Assembly (NCBI GenBank): GCA_013239625.1
Contig: MU054338.1
Coordinates: 6,860,724-6,924,723, forward strand
Reading direction: 5' to 3'
DNA: 64,000 nt
Origin: Lama guanicoe
Lineage: Eukaryota
In this document: in pieces, positions 55,801 through 64,000 of the stretch
How the letters are laid out: the number at the start of each line of letters is the position of its first letter
Position numbering within the stretch: position 1 is the stretch's first letter
Made by a program: the position numbers and the translations under genes
Notes under the pieces: model-generated
What the model was told of the DNA's origin: nothing
Databases searched by the model: none
The model's input: only the letters and a program-made list of their open reading frames with translations

Positions 55801-57399
55801 GCAGCATGGACAAAGGCTCAGAGGTAACGAGCATCCTGTTGAGGAGAGAGACCGCAAGCAGTTTGGAGTTGCTGAAGGCTGTGTGCCAGGTTGGGAAGAG
55901 TGTGGAAGTGGCCTGAGTGGCCAGAGTGGTCATGCCACAAAAGGATTTAGCCTCAGGTGCCTGTACTTCATTCTGAATGTCAAAGGATGGGAGACTTGCA
56001 GGTGTTTGGAGCAGAAAAGGAATATGAGGCAAACTGTTGCATTTTCCAAGAGACCTAATTGTTAGAAAGTCCCTCTAGATTGTGAGTGTGAAATTTGTCT
56101 CATTTTAACTTTCCCATATGACTTGCACCAACTCTATACTCCTTACCTGGGCCCAACTCGGTAAGCCTCAGTTTCTTAGTCCATAAGATGGGAATAATAG
56201 TAGAATGTACCATATAGCATTGCGGTGTGTCTGGCATGTGGAAGGTGCTTATCAAGGTTAGATGTTATTATTATCACTATTATTATTACAAGACCCTACC
56301 TGCCTGAGTCTTGGGTCTTGAAGCTCTCTTCAATCCCTTACTATTCTTCTTGTTCCCTCTGAGAACATCCTCCCTCAGCTCTTCCTCTAGCCAGCTCCTT
56401 CTCACCCCTCTGACCCCAGCTCAGGTGTCACCTCCTCAGTGAGAGCTCCCCTGAACACCCTAGCTAAAATGTCCCCACTCTATTATTTGAACCTACTATA
56501 TTATCTTCTCAGGACTCATAATTATCTGACTGAAATCAGCTTGGTAATTGTTTGTTTACCACCAACAGAATGCAAGTGCCATGTGAGCAAAAACTTTGTC
56601 CCTCTTCTTTATTCCTGGAATTTTCTCATTTGGAGCAGTAGGCATTTCCTGAATGGTCTCAGTTCTGCTCCATGAGACCACTGCCCCCTTCTTCCTCCCA
56701 GTGAAACTTCTGAGCCTTGATGAATATTTCTGTGACCCCCTGAGTCTTCTCCCATGGCTCAGAAGTGTCTGTTTCATAAAACTTTTTTTCTTGTGTCTTT
56801 GTGTGTCAATCCTCTGTTTGAATGGATGTCCAACAAATGTGCACATCGCCAACTTTCCTCATAAAGGTATGGACTGGCCTTGCCACCAGAGAGCAGAGTC
56901 ATCCCTGACTAGTAATCATTGAGCCCTGCTGTGTCCCAAGTCCCATGCTGAGGGTTGGAGATACAACAATGAACAAGAGAAACTTCATCTCTTCCCTCAT
57001 AAAGCCTCATAGGGAGACACAGTGAACATGGAATTGTGCGAATTGTTATATAATTAGATTGGTGAGGGCTATGAAGGAGAAGATATGGAGCCATGAGGGC
57101 AATAAATTGGGAAGGGTAGGTCAGGGAAGGCTTCTCTGAGGAGGTGACATTTGCCCTGAGACATGAAGGATGAGTAAGAGCTGGGCAAAGACAGAGCTGG
57201 TAAGGTGGAGGGAGAGAGACTAAGAGAATAGAGTGTGCAAAGGTGTGGGATGAGAGGGCAGGTGATGTGTTTGAGTATCTGGAGAGATAGGCAGGGATCC
57301 TAGCCCACCGGGTGTTGCTGACCACCACCCTAGACCCTGTCCACTCCAAGCTTGATGCAACATATAGAAATAGCTTGAACTGCTGCCTCTGCTCATGCA

Positions 57400-57432
57400 G
57401 TCAGCACCACCGACAGCACCATGGACAGCTAC
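57400..57432 (+). promoter_or_regulatory. Tandem overlapping RE1/NRSE (REST) sites in OLFM2 intron 1
   Basis: gTCAGCACCACCGACAGCACC and gACAGCACCATGGACAGCTAC versus consensus TTCAGCACCACGGACAGCGCC. Confidence 0.75.
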
Positions 57433-57787
57433 CAAGGGAGGGTGATCTGGACCTCCGGGGTTTCTTGAGTGTAGCTAAAACTGGCTTCCTCCTCTTCCAG
57501 AGAGAAGCTCTGGTTTCTGCCTCTTGGTGTTGTCATGCCCCCAGCATCTTTCTCCGGCCCTGAGTGGCTAACGCCTCTTTGTGAAGCTCCAACGGAGAGC
57601 AGCTGAGAAGCTGGGCAAGAAAGAAAAGCAGCCGTCTGGGGGAGGCCCAGGCGCTTTGAGAGAGTTTCACGTGGGGTTGGGTGTGTTTGTGTGGCAGTGA
57701 AGAAGTTGCCACTGGGAGATCTAGGGGGCCAGGCTGGTTCCCAGTCCTTGTCTCTCTCTGTCTCAGACTTGATGCTTCTCTATTTTT

Positions 57788-57863
57788 TAAACTTAAAAAT
57801 TTTTAAAAATTTATTGAAGTTGCAGTGTGTCAGTTTCTGGTGTACAGCATAATGTCCCAGTCA
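57788..57863 (-). mobile_element. Severely 5'-truncated L1 3' end (about 75 bp)
   Basis: TSD TGATGCTTCTCTATTTTT at 57770-57787 and 57864-57881 followed by AA; body TTTATTGAAG...TTTCTGGTGTACAGCATAATG. Confidence 0.7.
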
Positions 57864-60119
57864 TGATGCTTCTCTATTTTTAAACTCTGTCTTTTGAGTC
57901 TCTCTCTTTCTCTCTTTCGTATTCTTGTCTCCTCAGCTATCTTTATTCTCTCTTTGTCCTAACTGTGTATCTATAACACATAAACATTCAATAAATGTTT
58001 GTTGAGTGAATGTTGATGGTTATCTCTTTGTCTGCCTATGTCTCATGTCTGCCTCTTTTTGTCTCTGTCACACTCTCTGTCTCTATCTCTGTCTCTAAGT
58101 CTATCTCATCCTTTCTGTGTGTCTCTGTCTCTGGGTGTCTCTTTTGTCTCTGATTCTGTCATCTCTGTCTCTTGGTGTCTCTGTCACTATATCTCTTTCA
58201 TTTCTTTCTATCAGTCTATGTCTGTCTGTCTGTCTCTCTAGGATTCTGTTTCCATGTCAACATAGTTACTGTGTCACAGTCCAGGACCCTGACAAGGGAT
58301 GGAGGAGAGACTAGAATTCTCAGACCTGAGAGGGCTCTTGAGACAGGACAGACCCAGAACCTGTGTTGGGTGTTGAGCAGGATTCAGAGAGAGGCAGGAT
58401 GACCAGAGAAACACCAGCACTTGAAGGCCCTGGGGAAAGATGGGGGAGGTGTGTGTACCCCTGGGGATGCTGGGAATGGGGGCCAAGCTTTGACGGGAGC
58501 CCAGGGTGAGGGGTAGGTAGGTGCCCAAGCTCTACATAACTCCCTATCCTCCACCCCCATCCCCACTGCCAACCAAGAGGGCGGCCCTCTAGGACCCAGC
58601 CACCAGGCCCCAGCGTTGGCTCCAAGATGGAACAGCTGTCTGGGCTGCAGCTGCAGAAGCTCATTTTGAACAAGGGAGATGATTGCAGGAGTGATTGGGG
58701 GAGGGAGGGAGAAAGGGAAGGTAGCAAGGGCCGAAGAGGAATCAGGCTTGATTGTAGCTGCTGCAGCAGCGGGTAGCTTGCCCAGGAGATAGGAAGACTG
58801 GGCGAGGCAGGAAAAGGCAGAGGGAGGTCTGTCAGCCCAGCCGTGGTCCATCTGTCCCCACTTCTGGTCCTCCCTGTTGTGAAGTTTCTCCTCTTGTCTC
58901 TGGCTGTCTTTCCCTCTTGCTATATTTCACAGCCTGCATCTCTGATTCTCTGCCTGTGTCACTGGGTATCCGTGTTGTCTGTTGTCCCACCTCCTGCCCT
59001 ATATTTCTGTTCCCCCTGCCTGTATCTCTCTGTGTCTCTGCCTGCCACTCTGCCCGGATCTCTGTGAATCTCTGAGCCTCCTCGCCTGTCCCTCCGTGCT
59101 GCTGTCATTATTGGAAGCACAGCTGAGTCTCCAGCAGCCCTTCGGACTGCTCTTTCTTTTGTTGTCACTTCTATGGTACTCAGGGGCTGGAGACAAATAG
59201 AAATGGCCAATTCCCAGGAAACGATGGGATCGTGTCCTTCCATAAAGGGATATTTACAAAGATATCTCAATTAAGACTAATTAATTAAGCGAGCCACTTC
59301 CCCTGCCCTCTCCCCCACCCTGTGGTCCTACAGCCTCCTGGGAGGGAACTAGCCAATGAGTGGATGGCAGTCTGGTGCTCAGATGGTGTCTCAATGTTTA
59401 ATTTATAACAGCCATCTCCCGGCTGCCCTATCAATCCATCCGGAAGGGCGCATAGACTTGGGCAGAGGCTGTGACCTGCTGGCCCCCTAGAGCATGCTAG
59501 GGCGTGTGTGTGTATGTTGGAGCCTGCCCCGAGTGTCAGGGCGTGTCATAGCATGTTTGAACATGTTGGGGCATGTCTTCATGGCAAACACGTTCCTTCA
59601 TGTAAGGAGTGTCTCATGGCCACTGGGCAGGTCTGGGACATGTTGGAGCAGGTTAGAATGTGTCTCTCAGGTGGGGAAAGTCTGAGCCTGGGGAGCCCCA
59701 CAGGATGTGGCACCTGGCGGGACCCAGTTCAGGATGGCTCCTATGCTGTGCTATGAAGATCTGCACCTGCAGATTAAGTTTCTATCCTCAAGTACAGGGC
59801 AAACTACGCCTTGCAGGCCCCCCAGCAGGGATAACAGGGGCATGACAATATCAACAACTTCCAGGAGGAATTGATCAGCACCCCCCACCCACTCCTGCAG
59901 CTACAGTCTGAATTTCCCCGTCCCTTTCAGCACTGGTGGATCAGGAGGGTTGAGTTCCAACTCTTGATGTACTATTTGCTCCTCTGTCCTCTGTGGATTC
60001 CCTCCCCCAGTGCATAGCTTCAGGGTCCCCATTTTTCCCATTGCTATAGTCCTCCGAGGTCCCTTAGGATTACTTCTCAACCTCACCCCTGCCTGCCCCT
60101 TCCCGCCCCACACAGTCTG

Positions 60120-60272
60120 CTGATGCAACCCTCAGGGCAGTGCCCATCAGAGTGATGGAGCCTTCAATATAATGACATGTCAGGTGATGTAGCCCTCAGT
60201 GTAGTGCCCGCCAAAGTGATGCAGCCTTCAGTATAATGACAGATCTGCCGGTGCAGCCCTTAGTGTGATGCC
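60120..60272. repeat. 32-bp tandem repeat with alternating A/B units
   Basis: Units start at 60129, 60161, 60193, 60225 and 60257. Confidence 0.85.
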
Positions 60273-62457
60273 AGGGTAGCATTGGGACCATAAACATTTT
60301 TTGAAATGTGACTTCGATTCTGCAGACAGGCACGGGCTGGGACATTTGGTGCAGTGAGAAGGAAGAGAAATTTGCTCATTCTGGTGAGTGCCTTCTTTGG
60401 CTATTCTAGGAGGCCAGGATTCCCCAGCCCTGCTGGCCGAGGCTGGCTCCATTAGTCCTTGTAAGTGCCATGTGACCTCAGCAGGACACCCGGCTTATTA
60501 GTAAAGCGTAAGTTCTGCAGGAATATTTCAGGAACTGACTGCAGTGCTCATGAGTTATTCGGGGAGACCTAAGAGTGCAGCTGACAGGCTATATACAGAT
60601 GTCAGTTCCTCCTGAGAGGAGTGTAGCAGTGTTTAAGGACACAGGCAGATGGACACAAATGGATATGGGGAATTGTACATGGAAGGGTGTGGATGTTCTT
60701 GAATGGACACAGATGTGGAACATGTTTGTGGCTTCCGGGTAAACACACAGCACTTACATACATGGCACAGAGTGGCACATGGACTTGAGCACTCAAAGAG
60801 AGAGATAAAAAGACACAAATGTAACCGGTGTACACATGTAAGGAGTCATTACGCAGACTGGCTGGTGGGCTCACAAACTGCACGCAGTGTACATGGAAAC
60901 AGAGTGCTTGTGAACGTGTCTGAATGAGGGGAATGTTCATGGCCGTGGGCAACAGTGCAAGAGGCATGTATACTTGACTTGCCCGCAGATGCACGCTGGC
61001 ATTCACCTGGATTTACAGGAATGTGCACCCCTGCACATGGCTAGTGACAGATATGTAGATGTTCCAAACATGTCTGAAACTTAGATGCTTGCAGGTGCCT
61101 GTGGGTAAACACGGATGGCCACAGACAGTCACAGAGCCCCTGCGTATCCCAATACCCACATGCCACCATTTTCAGATGCAAATGACTAAGTCCTCCCAAA
61201 TTCCCCAGACTCTTGGCAAAGGGAGATCTCAAAGCCAACAAAGGTGATCTTGGGACTACCCCCAGACCCCTTTTGGAGGACCGCAGAAGGGAAGTCTTGA
61301 GTCACGCGAGTGCCTAGGTGACCCGGTAATGCCATTCAGGAACACATAGCCCTGAGCCAGCCTCGCTCAGGGTGTCTTAGCTGAGACTGTCCCCTGTTTG
61401 ACAGCCCCTTCCCATCAGGGTCAATTATGGCAGCCAATGCTCAGAAATGGCTTAAAGTGGTGCCCAGCATGAGGAAGAGCCGGATGCGTGTTAGGGACCA
61501 TCGTTGTCACTGAGTAGAATTGTTATTACCATTATGCATGTTCTCCTTGAAATGCAGAGAGATCCTGGTCCCCTGCATTTCAGTGCTGGCATCCACCCTA
61601 GCGTCTCTCCAGCCTTCCAGCTTCATCTGTTTCTCTCCTGCTCTCCTTTGAGAGAGTCAGTCCTTTACAGCCGCGGTCTCCTCTCTCATGGTGGGCTCTT
61701 CCCTGACGTCTCTCTTCATTCTCATTTGTCTCCAAGCATCACAGTTCTGGTCTGTCTGCCTGGGGGGGAGTGGGTCTCAGAGAGTCTGTCTGGAATAGAG
61801 AGCCCCCTAAAATGGACTGGGGGAATGAGAACTTTAGAAAAAGAATGCAAGGAGTCTCACAAAACCCAATGGCTAGGGCCCCAGGGACTTGTAAAGCCAT
61901 CATTCACTCACTCATTTGGCAATTCAGTTTGCAAATATTTATCACCCACCTACAAGGCACCAGGTAGACAAGATCGACAGGATGCTTGCTGTCATGGAGC
62001 GGATATTTTAGTGGGAAGAGATCAGTAACAAACACACTAAGGAGAAATTATCACTCGGTAAGAGCGCCGTGCAGAGTTGAACGAAGGTGAGCGATGTGGT
62101 GAAGGTGGGGCTAATCTGGATTCAGGAGAAAATCCCCACCTGCTCAGTAGGGATTTTCAGGTAGGAACATTCTCTTGGAAGGGTCTTTGGGAAGGGAGAT
62201 GATGACAGACTGTCACTCATTCATTCATTCATTCATTCACTCCACAAACTCTGATGGAGTGCCTGGAGTCTCAGGCACTGTTGAAGGTGCTGAGACACAA
62301 CTATGAATAGGATGAGTCTGCCTCGGTCTTGTGATGTGTCTATTAAATGGAGACACAACAAACATGTAAGCAAATACATAAACAAATTGGTTTTTGATAG
62401 ATATAGGGAACCTCATTTTGTCTGGACACTGGGGTAGGCTCTTGGGGGAGGTGACTT

Positions 62458-62739
62458 CCTTCCCAGCTTTACTGAGATATAACTGACATATAACATTGTG
62501 TACATTTAAGATGTACAACAAGATGATTTGATACATGTATGCATCGTGAAATGATCACCACGATAGGGTTAGTTAATACCTCCATCACCTCACATAATTA
62601 CCATTTGTGTGTATGAGGTGAGAGCATTTAAGAACCACTCTCTTAACAACTTTCAAGTGTGTAATACTGTGTTGTTAACTGTGGTCACCACGCTGTACAT
62701 TCGAGCCCCAGAACTTATTCTCTTATATTTAGAAGTTTG
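62458..62739 (-). mobile_element. L1 3' end fragment inserted in L2
   Basis: CAGCTTTACTGAGATATAACTGACA...CCATCACCTCACATAATTACC...CCCCAGAACTTATTC. Confidence 0.75.
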
Positions 62740-64000
62740 AGGAAGTGACGCCTGACAGATGAGAAAGAATCAGCCATGGAAAAAAACAGGGAGAAAAGCA
62801 TTTTGGGAGAGGGAACGACAGGGCAAATGCTCTGACATGGAAACAAGCTTCATGCCTTCTGGAAAGAGGGCCAGGGTGGCTTGAGAGGAGGAGAGGTAAG
62901 GTCGTGCAGGTGGGCAGGGGACACTGCATGCAGAGCCTCACAGGCCAAAGTGAGTTGTTGGGTTTTACTCTCAATGCAGTGAGAAGCTGCTGGACAGGTT
63001 GCAGCAGAGAGGAGAGCCGTGATCTTATTTGCATTGTTTAAAGCTCCTTCTAACCTCTGTGATGGGGAACGGATTCCAGAGAGTAAGTGTGGAAGCAGGG
63101 AGATCAGGGAGGAGGTGACTGCAATAGTCCAAGCAAAAGCCAGTGGTGGCCGGGCCGGGATAGAAGCATCTGGAGTGGTGGGTGGTGGGCAGATTTGGCA
63201 CATGTCTTAGAAGGAGACCCATCCAGACTTACTGATGGATCAGATATCAAGGGTGAGAGAAACGGGGTGGTGTTTGAAGAGAAGCATGAGACCGAGGGAG
63301 CATTTCTAAAAGATGAGGGGGACCAGAGCATACCGGTATCAGCCTCTTAGTAGCCAGTAAGATATAATGGCCTCAACCCCCTTCTAAGCTCCACAGAAGG
63401 CCATTTATTCCCCAAGATTCCCCCTACCCCACTCCCTGGGGGCCCTGTATTCTCTTGGTCATCCCTGCCTCCGACTTCCTGATTCTACCAAATTATTACC
63501 TCCACTTGGTGTCTTGGGCCTTTTGGTCTCTGCTCCGACATTTACCTGGACTGAAAACTCAGTCCTTAGGTCATGGAGAGCCTCAACTGCCAGGGAAAGT
63601 CACTCAAACTTCATCCTGAAGGCAGTGGGGACATTTATCCATCCATGAATGTATTCAACAAGTATTTCTGAAGACCTACTATGTGTCCTCCACAGAAGAC
63701 AAGATGGTGATCCAAGCAGATGGGTGATGGAGCCTCCTTCAAAATGAGACAGGGGATAATCAAATATTCAGGAATACAGATAAATGGCAGTTGTGATAAC
63801 AGTTGAGGAGAAGATTCTTGGTGTTGCAGGAGCCTCTAATAAGGGGATTTGATCTAATTTGGAAGGTCAGAGGAAGTAAGAGCTGAGACCTGAAGCAGAG
63901 AGCAAGGGGTATTCCAGGCAGTGAGAACTGCTTATGCAAAGGCTCTGGGGTGAGGGCAAGTATAGACAGTATGACAGACCAAAGAAGGCCTTGGAGGGGA

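Noticed and set aside
57483..57560. CTCTTCCAG as the start of OLFM2 exon 2 (TLFQ...)
   Set aside because: The downstream sequence does not encode the expected PEEGWQ...CICT; exon 2 appears to be outside the window.

Overview
Mammalian (eukaryotic) genomic DNA, probably from a camelid: it carries four tRNA-derived SINEs resembling the camelid Vic-1 family. There are two + strand genes in tandem. (1) The 3' two-thirds of COL5A3, collagen alpha-3(V): 46 coding exons traced by hand from 84 to the stop at 21545. Of these, 41 are phase-0 Gly-X-Y exons (290 uninterrupted triplets) and 5 encode the C-propeptide. The 3'UTR has miR-29 seed sites and AATAAA at 22357. (2) The 5' end of OLFM2 (noelin-2), with two alternative CpG-island first exons (34985-35056, MWPLTV...; 49928-50062, MSVPLLK...). 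Exon 2 is not in the window. The rest is intron or intergenic DNA with L1, L2, MIR, MaLR LTR, hAT/Tigger fossils, microsatellites, several decayed tandem arrays and a 124-N assembly gap. Almost all ORFs in the supplied track are spurious. I found no evidence of a novel multi-gene system. The most notable signals are a tandem overlapping RE1/REST site in OLFM2 intron 1, a GC-AG intron in COL5A3, an L1-mobilised LTR-like mini-insertion, a candidate retroposed 3'UTR, a palindromic homeobox/octamer enhancer candidate and an alternating 32-bp repeat. Repeat family names are from memory of consensus sequences and need RepeatMasker/Dfam confirmation.
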